Assembly: GCA_963555995.3 (NCBI GenBank) | Contig: OY821641.1 | Coordinates: 96,001-160,000 of the forward strand | DNA from: Vicinamibacteria bacterium | Lineage (GTDB): Bacteria; Acidobacteriota; Vicinamibacteria; Marinacidobacterales; Marinacidobacteraceae | Reading direction: 5' to 3' | DNA: 64,000 nt | Part shown: in pieces, positions 46,341-56,071 of the stretch | Position numbering within the stretch: the stretch's first letter is position 1 | Layout: every line of letters begins with the position of its first letter | The notes under the pieces: model-generated | The model's input: the letters and a program-made list of their open reading frames with translations, nothing else | Told to the model about the DNA's origin: nothing | Database searches by the model: none | Position numbers and translations under genes: made by a program

Positions 46341-47879
46341 ATGCAGACCGTTCTGGATCGGTTGGGACTCGGGGAGGGCGCTCCCGGCGTCTGCACTGGC
46401 CCGGAGGGCTGGATTCTCACCGGCGAGCGGCCGCTCGTCTCGCTGAACCCCTCGACGGGTGAGCCCATCGCCTCGGTCGTTCCCGCGGACGCCCGGGCGG
46501 CCGAGCGGGTGGTGACCGAAGCGGCGGACGCCTTCCGCTCGTTCCGCGAGTTGCCGGCGCCGAAGCGCGGGGACCTCGTCCGCGACTTGGGGACCGCGCT
46601 GCGCGACGACAAGGAGCCGCTCGGCGACCTGATCGCGCTCGAAGCCGGAAAGATCCAGGCCGAGGGACACGGCGAGGTCCAGGAGATGATCGATGTCTGC
46701 GAGTTCGCGGTGGGGCTGTCGCGCCAGCTCTACGGGCTGACGATGGCTTCCGAACGGCCCGGCCACCGGATGTTCGAGCAGTGGCATCCGCTCGGCCCCA
46801 TCGGGGTCATCACCGCCTTCAACTTCCCCATGGCGGTCTGGTCCTGGAACGCGGCGGTCGCCGCGGTCTGCGGCGACCCGGTGATCTGGAAGCCGTCGGA
46901 GCACACCCCGCTCTGCTCGGTCGCGGTGCAGAACATCGCCAACCGGGTGATGGATGACCACGGCGTCTCCGGGGTCTTCAACCTGCTGGTGGGCGGCGGG
47001 GAACTCGGGGCCGCGCTTGCTGCCGACCGGCGGCTGCCGCTGATTTCCTTCACCGGTTCGACCCGGGTCGGCCGGAAGGTGGCCACCGAGGTCGCGGGGC
47101 GGCTGGGCCGCTGCCTCCTTGAACTCGGCGGCAACAACGCGGTGGTGGTCAGCCGGAACGCCGATCTGGACCTCGCGGTCCGGGCCATCGTGTTCGGATC
47201 CGTGGGCACCACCGGACAGCGCTGCACCACGACCCGGCGGGTGCTCGCCGACCGGGAGATCGCCGGCCCGCTGGTCGAGCGGCTCGCGGACGCCTACCGG
47301 CAGGTCCCCATCGGGGACCCCCTCGATCCGGCCACCCTCATGGGGCCGCTGATCTCGGGCGACGCCATCGAAGCGATGCAGGGCGCGCTGGAGCGCGTGG
47401 TCGCCGACGGTGGGACCGTCGTCTGCGGCGGGGGGCGGCGTCCCGACATCGGCCCGAACCATGTCGAGCCGGCCATCGTGCGAATGTCCGCCCAGACGCC
47501 GCTGGTGGCCGAAGAGACCTTCGCCCCCATCCTCTACGTCCTGGAGACCGAGTCCCTCGAACAGGCGATCGCCCTCCACAACGACGTCCCGCAGGGGCTC
47601 TCTTCGGCGATCTTCACCGACAGCCTCCGCGAGGCCGAGACGTTCCTCTCGGCGCGCGGGTCGGACTGCGGGATCGCCAACGTGAACATCGGCACCTCGG
47701 GGGCCGAGATCGGGGGGGCCTTCGGCGGCGAGAAGGACACCGGCGGCGGCCGCGAATCCGGCTCGGACGCCTGGAAGGCATACATGCGCCGCCAGACGAA
47801 CACCATCAACTGGTCGAAGGACCTGCCGCTCGCCCAGGGGATCGAGTTCGGTCCCGCCGCCGGCGAAGGAGACGCGTGA
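46341..47879 (+). CDS. ALDH7/antiquitin-family aldehyde dehydrogenase (piperideine-6-carboxylate dehydrogenase-like)
   Basis: GEVQEMIDVCEFAVGLSRQLYG, AFNFP, LELGGNN, GQRCTT, SGAEIGGAFGGEKDTGGGRESGSD, LPLAQGI. Confidence 0.93.
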   Translation: MQTVLDRLGLGEGAPGVCTGPEGWILTGERPLVSLNPSTGEPIASVVPADARAAERVVTEAADAFRSFRELPAPKRGDLVRDLGTALRDDKEPLGDLIALEAGKIQAEGHGEVQEMIDVCEFAVGLSRQLYGLTMASERPGHRMFEQWHPLGPIGVITAFNFPMAVWSWNAAVAAVCGDPVIWKPSEHTPLCSVAVQNIANRVMDDHGVSGVFNLLVGGGELGAALAADRRLPLISFTGSTRVGRKVATEVAGRLGRCLLELGGNNAVVVSRNADLDLAVRAIVFGSVGTTGQRCTTTRRVLADREIAGPLVERLADAYRQVPIGDPLDPATLMGPLISGDAIEAMQGALERVVADGGTVVCGGGRRPDIGPNHVEPAIVRMSAQTPLVAEETFAPILYVLETESLEQAIALHNDVPQGLSSAIFTDSLREAETFLSARGSDCGIANVNIGTSGAEIGGAFGGEKDTGGGRESGSDAWKAYMRRQTNTINWSKDLPLAQGIEFGPAAGEGDA

Positions 47880-48640
47880 TGCCGAGAACCTGCCTGAGGG
47901 CTCTCTTGATGGGAACTCTCCTGGGGTGCGCCGGCGAGTCGGCGGCTCCCGAACCCGAGCCGCCGGCGCCCGATGTTTCCGCCGCGGAGGAGCTGATCGC
48001 CAGATCCATCGCCTATCACGATCCGTCCGGGCTCTGGGACAGCGGCGAGATCGCGCTCCGGATCATGGAGTCGCGGCCGAACGGGGTCGCGCGGACGGTC
48101 GAAGTGGGGATGGCGCCCGGAAGCGGCGCGATGGAGGTGAATCGCGAGACCGACGCAGCAGTGCTGTCGTTCGCGGTGCGCGGTGAGGAAATCCTGCGGC
48201 GAGTTGTGGACGGGGACGAGGGACTTGAAGAGGCGGCCCTCGCCGAGCATGGGCTCGACGCCGAACGGGTGATGTGGCTCCGGAACTACTACCTGTTCGT
48301 CTGGGGACTCCCGATGAAGCTGCGCGATCCGGGGACCATCGTGGACCCGGAGCCGGTCCCGGACACCTACGACGGCCAGGAGGCGCTCAAGGTCCGGGTC
48401 ACCTACGACCCCGAAGTGGGCGGCGACACCTGGTACTTCTACTTCCACCCGGAAACGGCCCGGATGATCGGCTACCGCTTCTACCACGACGAGGCGGCGA
48501 ACGACGGGGAGTACATCCACCTGGCAGGGGAGATCGAGAACGGCGGACTGCGGCTCCCGGCGAAACGGCGCTGGTTCTTCCACTCGAACGAGGAGTTCCT
48601 CGGGGAGGACGAGGCCGTTTCGCTGAACGTAACGCCCTGA
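47876..48640 (+). CDS. Conserved hypothetical lipoprotein (DUF6503-like)
   Basis: LLGC lipobox; SIAYHDPSG.W, RNYYLFVWGLPMKL.DPG, GDTWYFYF, DGEYI. Confidence 0.7.
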   Translation: MMPRTCLRALLMGTLLGCAGESAAPEPEPPAPDVSAAEELIARSIAYHDPSGLWDSGEIALRIMESRPNGVARTVEVGMAPGSGAMEVNRETDAAVLSFAVRGEEILRRVVDGDEGLEEAALAEHGLDAERVMWLRNYYLFVWGLPMKLRDPGTIVDPEPVPDTYDGQEALKVRVTYDPEVGGDTWYFYFHPETARMIGYRFYHDEAANDGEYIHLAGEIENGGLRLPAKRRWFFHSNEEFLGEDEAVSLNVTP

Positions 48641-48665
48641 CGACCGGGCTCGCCGGCCAGCGGCC

Positions 48666-50207
48666 ATGACGGCGCTCGTTCTCGCTCTGCTGCTGTCGGG
48701 AGCGCCCGGGGCGGCGCAAGCCGACGCGCGCCTGCTGGCCGAGGTCAGCAGGCGGCTCGGTGACGGGGACTTCGCCTCGGTTCTCGCGGTTCTGGACGCG
48801 GCCGGGCCGGACGGGTCGCACCCGGCGTTGCTCCGCCTCCGCGCCGAGGCGTACGTGGGGCTGCTCGACTACCCGGCGGCGGTCGCCGCTCTCGAGGGTG
48901 CGCTCCCGGAACCGGAGAACCTGGCGCTCCGCGCCCGGTTGCTCGCCATCCTGGGCCGGGACGACGAGGCTCGGGCGGCGGTGTCCGAACTGCTGGAGCA
49001 CGACGGGCAACTTGCCGAGGAGGCCCGGGTGGAACTGGCGGCACAACTCCGCGAGTCCGGTCTCCTGGCGGAGTCGCGCCGCGTCCTCGGTCCACCGGCT
49101 TCGGGTGAGTCGGCAGCGGCGGTCCTGGAACGCGCGAGGCTGAGGATCGAAGAGGACGACTACGCGGGAGCCCTGCCGCTCCTCGAAGCCGTCCTTGAGG
49201 CGCCGCACGCGCCGTCCGGGGCGGCCGGTGACCTCGGCCGCGCTCTCGCGCTCCTCGACCGGCGCGACGAAGCGATTCCCTGGCTCCGCCGGGCCGTCGC
49301 GGAATCGCCGCGGGACGCTGCCCCCCGGTTCCGGCTCGGCCAGTTGCTGGCCCAGGACCCGGACCCCGCCCTCGCCGCCGAGGGGCGGCGCCTCCTCGCG
49401 GGCTACGAGGAAAGCCGGCTCCGCGCGCGCCGTCGCGACCTGTTGCTGGCGACGCTCGGTGAAGGGGGCCGGGACGAATGGGCGGAACTGCTGGGGCTGC
49501 TGCTCGACGGCGGGGACCTCCCGGAGGCGACGCGGGTGGCGCAGGCGGCCTCGGTCCGGTATCCGGCGGAGCCGGTGTTCGCCATCGGGCAGGCGCGGGT
49601 GCAGTTGCTGTCCGGAGATCCCGGCGCGGCTGCGGGCGTGCTCGCCCCGCTTGTGCCCGGGCCCGGCGAACCGCTGGAAGGAGCCTCGCTGAGCGCGGCT
49701 CGCTGGCTTGCGGACGCGCGGCTGCGCGGAGGCGATCCGGCCGCCGCGGCGGCTCTCTTCGACCGCGTTCTGGCGGTGGGCGGCGACGCGGTTTCCCCCC
49801 GGATTCGCGCCGCCGCCGCCACCGCGTTCGCGATGAGCGGAAACCCGGAACGGGCGCTTGTCCTCTTCGACCAGGTGCTCGACCGCACCGCCGGCCCGGC
49901 GCGCGCCGGACCGCTGGCGGACAGCGCGCTGGTGCTGGAGATGCTGGGACGTGCGGCGGACGCCGAATCCCGTTACCGGGAATCCCTGGAAGCCGATCCG
50001 GCCAACACCGCGGCGTCCCTCGGCCTCGGCGAACTCCTGCTGCGGGCCGGAAGGAACGGAGAAGCCGCCGCCGTGGTTCAGGCCGCCCTCGAACACGCGC
50101 CCGATGACGCAGCGCTCCGCGAACTCCTTTCCCGGACGGCGTCACCCGGCGCTGGTCAGGGTTCGTCCGCAGGCACGCGGGCGGCGGCAAACAGCCCGGT
50201 GATCTGA
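48666..50207 (+). CDS. Secreted tetratricopeptide repeat protein
   Basis: Signal peptide; multiple Ala/Leu-rich TPR-like helices. Confidence 0.75.
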   Translation: MTALVLALLLSGAPGAAQADARLLAEVSRRLGDGDFASVLAVLDAAGPDGSHPALLRLRAEAYVGLLDYPAAVAALEGALPEPENLALRARLLAILGRDDEARAAVSELLEHDGQLAEEARVELAAQLRESGLLAESRRVLGPPASGESAAAVLERARLRIEEDDYAGALPLLEAVLEAPHAPSGAAGDLGRALALLDRRDEAIPWLRRAVAESPRDAAPRFRLGQLLAQDPDPALAAEGRRLLAGYEESRLRARRRDLLLATLGEGGRDEWAELLGLLLDGGDLPEATRVAQAASVRYPAEPVFAIGQARVQLLSGDPGAAAGVLAPLVPGPGEPLEGASLSAARWLADARLRGGDPAAAAALFDRVLAVGGDAVSPRIRAAAATAFAMSGNPERALVLFDQVLDRTAGPARAGPLADSALVLEMLGRAADAESRYRESLEADPANTAASLGLGELLLRAGRNGEAAAVVQAALEHAPDDAALRELLSRTASPGAGQGSSAGTRAAANSPVI

Positions 50208-51553
50208 TCCCACGCCTCCGCGCCGAGAACCAGCGTCCGGTCGTCGCCGGCCCGGAGCGCCCGCACCTCGCCGCTCGCGGAGACGGTCAGGCGGACCGTC
50301 TCGGGTTCGGTCTCCCTGGTTTCACCGCTCTCCTCGACTTCTTCCGTGACCGCGATGGTCCAGGCGGCGCCGTCTCCGAGAAGGCTCGCTTCGCCCACGT
50401 TCCCGGCCTCGGTGGAGTTCAGCTCGTAGAGCAGGTCCTCGACCGCCACCGTGTCCACGACGACCGGCGCGGCGTCGCCGCGCTCCATCGTCCATTCCCG
50501 GCCTTCCTCTCCCTCCCGGCGGTGGAACGCCGTCTCGCCGTCAGGGGTCACGAATTGGAGAGCGACGGTCCGGAAGGCCGCGAACCGGAACAGGTCCAGG
50601 GACCGAACGCTCGCTAGGTCGGTCTCGGCCGCGTCCCGGAGCGCCTCGAAGAGCGGTTTCCGGACGACGAAGATCAGTGGGTCCGCCCCCAGCCGGGCGA
50701 AGACGCCGGGCGGCGTCCGGCTCTCGCCGCCGAAAAGGAGGGTCCGGGAGATGGCCTCTTCCCGCGGCCCGACGGCGAGGTCCAGTTCCGCCGTGAGCCG
50801 GGGCGAAGCCAGACCGAAGGGATCCGCTTCCCCTCCGTCCGGTTCCCGCGCTACGCCGGCCATCTCCGCGTCGAGGAGACGCGATGCGAACTGCGAGGCC
50901 TCATACGGGTCCGCGGCGAAGCGGTAGGGGCGGAGGATGTTCCAGACGCCTTCTTCACGGGCGATCTCCACCGTGGTTGCTCCCCCGGCGGTGACCCGGA
51001 GGCGCCGCGCCGCCGGCATGTCCAGCCGGAACACCCGCTTGTCCCGGAGGTCCCAGGCGCTGCGGTCGAAGTTGTCGCGGGCAAAGACGGACGTCACCAG
51101 CACTCGCTCGCCGAGCTGGAGGTAGCGGTTTCCGGCCGCCGGGGTCTCGTCGCCGAAGCGGGCGGTGAGGGGATCGCCGTCCGACTCCCGGAACACCCGT
51201 ACCGCGAGTCCGGACGGATCGAGCCCGAATCCGGCGAGGTCCGCCTCGCCCACCCCCTCGATCTCCCGCTCGAAACGCAGCGAGGCGACGTTCTGCAGGA
51301 AGAGGTCCACCTCGCCGGAGTCGGCGGCCGACCGCGGGCCGTCGCCTTCCGCGACCACGAACCCTTCGCCGTCCCGGGTCAGGCGGACGGTCGGTTCGTC
51401 GGGGCGTTCGATCTCGACGGCCCGGATCGCGGCCTCATCCAGACCGAAGACCGGGTGTCCGCCGTCTTCGGCGCCGTCGTCGCGCTCGAACAGGACGATC
51501 CAGCCGGCGACCGCTAGCGCGGCCAGGAGCGCGAGGAGCGTCGTCCGGCGCAT
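50156..51553 (-). CDS. DUF4340 domain protein (Gld-type ABC accessory)
   Basis: N-terminal TM; repeated FGL..P and LRD..F motifs; position at the end of a GldA/F/G-like operon. Confidence 0.8.
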   Translation of the reverse strand: MRRTTLLALLAALAVAGWIVLFERDDGAEDGGHPVFGLDEAAIRAVEIERPDEPTVRLTRDGEGFVVAEGDGPRSAADSGEVDLFLQNVASLRFEREIEGVGEADLAGFGLDPSGLAVRVFRESDGDPLTARFGDETPAAGNRYLQLGERVLVTSVFARDNFDRSAWDLRDKRVFRLDMPAARRLRVTAGGATTVEIAREEGVWNILRPYRFAADPYEASQFASRLLDAEMAGVAREPDGGEADPFGLASPRLTAELDLAVGPREEAISRTLLFGGESRTPPGVFARLGADPLIFVVRKPLFEALRDAAETDLASVRSLDLFRFAAFRTVALQFVTPDGETAFHRREGEEGREWTMERGDAAPVVVDTVAVEDLLYELNSTEAGNVGEASLLGDGAAWTIAVTEEVEESGETRETEPETVRLTVSASGEVRALRAGDDRTLVLGAEAWDQITGLFAAARVPADEP

Positions 51554-51597
51554 GGAGCCTCCGCGTCAGAGCGCCTCTCGGCAGGGGTCGTTCGTCC

Positions 51598-51641
51598 GGG
51601 TTTCGCGCTCCCGCGCGATGCCAGCCGGAAGCTGGCGCTCC
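51598..51641 (-). repeat. REP-like unit
   Basis: Minus strand: GGAGCGCCAGCTTCCGGCTGGCATCGCGCGGGAGCGCGAAACCC. Confidence 0.8.
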
Positions 51642-51654
51642 GACGCGGACCGGC

Positions 51655-51860
51655 GTCCGGGGGAAGGGTCATCCCAGCGAAATTGCGCCGCCGGCCGGGA
51701 GCGCCGGTCTTCAGACCGGCACGCGCTGCGCGACAGCGCAGCGCACGGCACGACGCGGACCGGGGCGGCGGCGCTCTGCTCCCGGTTCATCATCGCAGAC
51801 AGCGATACGACATCCGCGGGCCTTCCGGCCCGCTGTGCCGCTCTGAAGAGCGGCGCTCCC
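51655..51860 (-). mobile_element. ~205-bp composite REP doublet (REPIN/BIME/MITE-like), copy 2
   Basis: Reverse complement aligns end-to-end with 40076-40280. Confidence 0.75.
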
Positions 51861-51864
51861 GGCA

Positions 51865-53415
51865 TCACCGGCGCGACCACCAGACGGTGACGCCCCAGAT
51901 CAGGAAGAACCCGGGCAGGAACACCAGGCTCAACAGCACCACGTTCCGAACCTGCGCCGACGTCATGGTGATCCGCCGGTCCTCGGCCGCGCGGGGGCGG
52001 ATCGCGATCAGGTCCTCGTCCTCGGTGAGCCAGTTCACCATGTTGAGGAACAGATCGGCGTTGCCGAGCGGCGCGAGCGCGAGGTTGTTCCCGATGAAGT
52101 CGGAGTCCCCGACGATGACCAGGTGGCCCTCCGGGGCTTCGGCAGGTTCCTCGTCCGGCTCTCCGTCAGGATCGGCCTCCGGATCCAGTTCCGCCGCGGC
52201 CTCCGGTGGATCCGGTTCCCCCGCACCCGCTTCCTCCGCCGGACCCTGCGGATCGCCCGTCGGGACGTGGACCGCGTAGGCGAGCCGCAGCGGTCCGGCC
52301 CGCTCGTTCTCCCCGGCGGCGACTTCGCCGGTCTCCAGCTCGCCGGGATCGGTTTCCCCCCAGGCGACGTCGGAACTCAGAACCAGTTCCGAGAGCCGCA
52401 TCCCCCGGGGAAGCTCGTCGGGCGGGGTGGCGATGAGGCTCTGCGCGAGCGGGAAGACGGTGGCCGCGTTCACGAAGCCGCGGGTAATCGGATGGAACCC
52501 GTAGGAGGCGGCGAGCGGGACCTCCACCCCGAAGCCGAAGAGTTGACCCACCCCGCTGGCGTCAATCACCACGTCCCCGGCCGGAGTCGCCCCGAATTCC
52601 GAGGCCAGTCCGGTGAGCTCCTCCCTTTCGTCGGGGGTTCCCGGCGGGTCCGGCGGATCGAGCAGCAGCATGGCCTTCCCGCCCGCCCGGACGTGAGCGG
52701 CGAGGGCCGCGGCCTCGGCCACCAGGAGATCGAGCCGGGGACCGGCGACGATCACGACGGCCGCATCCTCGGGAATCCGGACCTCCCCGTCCTCGACGTG
52801 CTCGAGCAGCGCCAGCTCGGCAACCTCGTAGTTGGACTCCTCGAGCCGTGACCCGATGGCGGAGAGACCGCCGGCGCCCGTCTCCTCGAGCGACCGCTCC
52901 TGGTGCCCGGTCGTGAAATAGACCTTCTTCGTCTCGCCCTTGAGGATCTTCACGATGGCGTTCGTGATGTCCTGCTCCTGGGGCGCCGTGACGCGTTCCT
53001 GCCGTTCGCCGCTCTCCACGACCACCGTGCCGAAGGGAATGCCGGCTTCGGCGGTCGCCTGGTAGGCCCGCGCGCGGGCGGGTTCGGCCTCTTGGTCAAT
53101 GACCTCCCAGCCGACCCGGCCGCTTCGGTCGGCGTAGCGCTCAAAGAGTTCGACGGTGCGTCCGGCGGCGCGCGGCTGATCGAGCACCACAAGCCGGATG
53201 TCGCGGTCGAGCTCCTCGAGAATGCGGACCGTCTGCGGGGAAAGGCTGAACTGCCCGCCGGCGGTGAGGTCCCAGGTGACGTTGCGTCGGTTCGCCACGT
53301 AGTTGACGCCCACCAGCACGCCTAGGAGCAGGAGCGCCGTCACTCCCAGGTTCGCCCCTTCGCGGGCGCCCCGCCGCCCGAGCGCCGCGCGCAGCCGCCC
53401 GAGACCGGCGCTCAT
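51865..53415 (-). CDS. GldG-like ABC-type uncharacterized transport auxiliary protein
   Basis: WDLT.GGQFSLSPQT, VYFTTGHQER, VGDSDF, NADLFLNMVNWL, C-terminal TM. Confidence 0.88.
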   Translation of the reverse strand: MSAGLGRLRAALGRRGAREGANLGVTALLLLGVLVGVNYVANRRNVTWDLTAGGQFSLSPQTVRILEELDRDIRLVVLDQPRAAGRTVELFERYADRSGRVGWEVIDQEAEPARARAYQATAEAGIPFGTVVVESGERQERVTAPQEQDITNAIVKILKGETKKVYFTTGHQERSLEETGAGGLSAIGSRLEESNYEVAELALLEHVEDGEVRIPEDAAVVIVAGPRLDLLVAEAAALAAHVRAGGKAMLLLDPPDPPGTPDEREELTGLASEFGATPAGDVVIDASGVGQLFGFGVEVPLAASYGFHPITRGFVNAATVFPLAQSLIATPPDELPRGMRLSELVLSSDVAWGETDPGELETGEVAAGENERAGPLRLAYAVHVPTGDPQGPAEEAGAGEPDPPEAAAELDPEADPDGEPDEEPAEAPEGHLVIVGDSDFIGNNLALAPLGNADLFLNMVNWLTEDEDLIAIRPRAAEDRRITMTSAQVRNVVLLSLVFLPGFFLIWGVTVWWSRR

Positions 53416-54182
53416 CCGCGCCACCTCCGGGAACGCACCGACTCGCGGGCGAGGTAGAGCCAGAACGCGGCGAACGACAGGTAGAACACGAGATCGCGCG
53501 TCGCGATCACCCCGCGCGCGAATCCCTCCATGTGTCCGGTCACCGACAGGTAGGCCAGGACGCGCCCGAGGTCACCGCCGCGGGCGCCGGCGAACTCCAC
53601 CAGCCAGAGGACGAGCAGGGCTCCGAAGGTCAGCAGCCCCGCCACGATCTGGTTCCGCGTGAGGCTCGAGAAGAACAGGCCGAGCGCCAGCAGGCCGGCC
53701 CCGAGCAGCGCCAGGCCCAGCCAGGCGGCGAGGACGGGCGCGATCCCGGGCCGGGAGAACCAGAACAGGACCCCCACGTGGAGTCCGGTCAGCGCCAGCA
53801 TGCCGCCGTAGAGGGCGAACGCGGCGAGGAACTTGCCGATCACGATCTGGCCGTCGGTGATCGGCGCCGTGAGCAGCAGCTCCATGGTGCCCGAGCGGAT
53901 CTCCTCGGACACCGTGCGCATGGAGAGCAGCGGCAGCAGGAAGAGCACCAGGATCGCGGTGCTCGCCATCAGCCAGCGGATCAGATCGGTGTTCACGTTG
54001 AGCGTCCCGCCGCTGAAGCCGCCCATCTGGCTCATCCGCATCCCGGCTTCGACGAAGCTCTGGAGGTAGTCGGCGAAGAAGTACCCGTAGAGGAAGGCGA
54101 ACGCGCCGAAGAGGACGTAGGCCACCGGCGAAGCCAGGGCGGCGGCGATCTCGCGCCGGGCGATGGTCAGCGCGTTCCTCAT
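53412..54182 (-). CDS. ABC-2 type permease (GldF-like)
   Basis: IARRE...SPVAY, PLLSMR...EEIRSGTMELLLTAP, GKFLAA, SSLTRNQIVA. Confidence 0.9.
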   Translation of the reverse strand: MRNALTIARREIAAALASPVAYVLFGAFAFLYGYFFADYLQSFVEAGMRMSQMGGFSGGTLNVNTDLIRWLMASTAILVLFLLPLLSMRTVSEEIRSGTMELLLTAPITDGQIVIGKFLAAFALYGGMLALTGLHVGVLFWFSRPGIAPVLAAWLGLALLGAGLLALGLFFSSLTRNQIVAGLLTFGALLVLWLVEFAGARGGDLGRVLAYLSVTGHMEGFARGVIATRDLVFYLSFAAFWLYLARESVRSRRWRG

Positions 54183-55195
54183 GGGTCTTCCCCGGTCGCC
54201 CCGGACCGGCCCCTGCCGTCGCCGGTCCCGTTGGCCTCCGCCTCCTCGGTGGTGAGCGCGAGAAACACATCCTCGAGGCTGGCGCCGCCCCGGCGCAGGC
54301 CGTAGAGCGGACATCCCGCTTCGAGCAGCGCGCGGGCCAGGTCGGTGGAGATCTCCCGGTCTCCGGCCGCCTCCACCTGCAGGACCTGGGTCCGCTCCGC
54401 CGTCTCCGGTCCCGCCTCCACCCGCGCGACCCCGGGGACGGCCCGGAGCGCGGCCTCCGCCGCGTCCGCCGGCGGCGCCGTTTCGATTTCCCAGGTGCCG
54501 CGGCCGCTCCGCGCGGCGCCGAGCCGCGCCACCAGGCTCTCGGGAGTGTCTTCGGCGCGCAGCCGGCCGCCGGCGATGATGACCACCCGGTCGCAGGTGA
54601 CGGCGACTTCGGGAAGGATGTGCGTGGAGAGCACCACGGTCCGTTCGCCCGCCAGGGTGCGGATCAGCTTGCGCGTCTCGTGGATCTGCTTGGGATCGAG
54701 GCCGGCGGTCGGCTCGTCGAGGACCAGCAGCTCGGGTTCGTGGACGAGCGCCTGCGCGAGGCCCACCCGCTGGCGGTAGCCGCGGCTCAGCTTCCCGATG
54801 ATGTGCTCGCGGGCCTCCCCGAGCGCGCAGCGCTCGATCGCGCGCGCCACGGCCGGCCCGATCCCGGTTCGCGGGACGCCCCGGAGGCGCGCCGCGAACT
54901 CCAGGAAGCCCGTGACCTCCATTTCGGGGTAGAGCGGCGGGTTCTCCGGCAGATATCCGATCCGCCGCCGGACCTCGAGCGGGGACTCCGCGATGTCCAG
55001 GCCGCCGACCAGCACCCGGCCTTCGCTCGGCGGCATGAACCCGGTGATGACCCGCATGGTGGTCGTCTTCCCGGCGCCGTTCGGCCCCAGGAAGCCGAGG
55101 ACCTCGCCCTTCGCGACGCCGAAGCTGAGGTCCTCCACCGCGAGCGTTCGCCCGTAGCGCTTGGACACGCGGTCCACCTGTACGAGGGGTTCCAC
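54179..55195 (-). CDS. ABC transporter ATP-binding protein (GldA-like)
   Basis: GPNGAGKTT, LSRGYRQRVGLAQAL, LDEPTAGLDP, STHIL, SLEDVFL. Confidence 0.95.
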   Translation of the reverse strand: MEPLVQVDRVSKRYGRTLAVEDLSFGVAKGEVLGFLGPNGAGKTTTMRVITGFMPPSEGRVLVGGLDIAESPLEVRRRIGYLPENPPLYPEMEVTGFLEFAARLRGVPRTGIGPAVARAIERCALGEAREHIIGKLSRGYRQRVGLAQALVHEPELLVLDEPTAGLDPKQIHETRKLIRTLAGERTVVLSTHILPEVAVTCDRVVIIAGGRLRAEDTPESLVARLGAARSGRGTWEIETAPPADAAEAALRAVPGVARVEAGPETAERTQVLQVEAAGDREISTDLARALLEAGCPLYGLRRGGASLEDVFLALTTEEAEANGTGDGRGRSGATGEDP

Positions 55196-55348
55196 GGCTG
55201 TTTGGAGGGAGCGGATCTCGATGACGTTCTGTACTCCCGGGCGCCGAGCGCCGGGTCGGCTGATCCGCCCGGCTCGGCAGTCTATACTGGCTGGACGGCT
55301 CTCCCAGCCGTGGGCGGCGAGGCATCGCTCGCCCGGTCAGCGTCCTCC

Positions 55349-55398
55349 GTTTTCGCCCGCCGGAGGCGGGCGATGCCGGCCTGAAGGCCGGCGCTCCC
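55349..55398 (-). repeat. REP-like unit
   Basis: Minus strand: GGGAGCGCCGGCC-TTCA-GGCCGGCA + CGCCCGCC-TCC-GGCGGGCG. Confidence 0.8.
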
Positions 55399-55405
55399 GA
55401 CTGCC

Positions 55406-56056
55406 ATGCGTTTTCGCCGCCTGCTTCTCCCGTCCGGTGTTGGCCTAGGCTTGCTGCTGGCGGGCTTGCTCCCGGTCACGATCGCGGCTCCCGGCTGCGT
55501 CAACCAGGAGGACAACGCGACCGCCTCGCGGATGCGGCTGACCGAGCTCGTCGCCTACTGGGCGGTGCGCGGCCGGGATTCCGAGGGCAACAACTACATC
55601 CGGCCGGCGGTCCGTTTCCGGGTCACGAACACCAACCCGGAACCGGTCGAGTACGTCCAGGTGATGTCCGTCTTCCGCCGGGAGTCGGCGCCGGACGAGG
55701 CCTGGGGCACCGGCTACGTCCACTCGGTCGCGGAGGAGGCGCTCGCTCCGGGCGAAGCGAGCGGGGAACACACCCTGCGGGCGGATTCCAACTACCTGTC
55801 GCAGGGCGCGCCGGAGCGGATGTTCGAGAACGAACTCTGGGAGGACGTGGAGGTCGAGATGTTCGTGCGGGTGGGCGCCTCCTCGTGGATCTCGCAGGGG
55901 AAGACCGTGGCGCTCCGCCGGCTCGGACCGCCCGGCGTCGAGAAGTACCTCGAGCCGATCGAGGACGAGCCGATCTACGGCGTCGCCCCGGGGCCGGACG
56001 ACGTGCCGGAGCCCGAACCGGAGCCGTCGCCGGAAGACCCTTCGGAGCGGCCGTAG
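55406..56056 (+). CDS. Hypothetical exported protein/lipoprotein
   Basis: Basic N-terminus, hydrophobic stretch, APGC; beta-rich body; Pro/Glu tail. Confidence 0.7.
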   Translation: MRFRRLLLPSGVGLGLLLAGLLPVTIAAPGCVNQEDNATASRMRLTELVAYWAVRGRDSEGNNYIRPAVRFRVTNTNPEPVEYVQVMSVFRRESAPDEAWGTGYVHSVAEEALAPGEASGEHTLRADSNYLSQGAPERMFENELWEDVEVEMFVRVGASSWISQGKTVALRRLGPPGVEKYLEPIEDEPIYGVAPGPDDVPEPEPEPSPEDPSERP

Positions 56057-56071
56057 CGGACCGCGCCGGCG

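Noticed and set aside
50156-50207. 52-nt overlap of convergent TPR and DUF4340 genes as a regulatory feature
   Set aside because: Short 3' overlaps of low-complexity tails are common in GC-rich genomes; there is no further evidence.
51566-51880. Small ORF between GldG and DUF4340 (and similar ORFs containing ACRSEDRRS, e.g. 40055.., 60195..)
   Set aside because: These are translations of the REP/REPIN elements, not genes.
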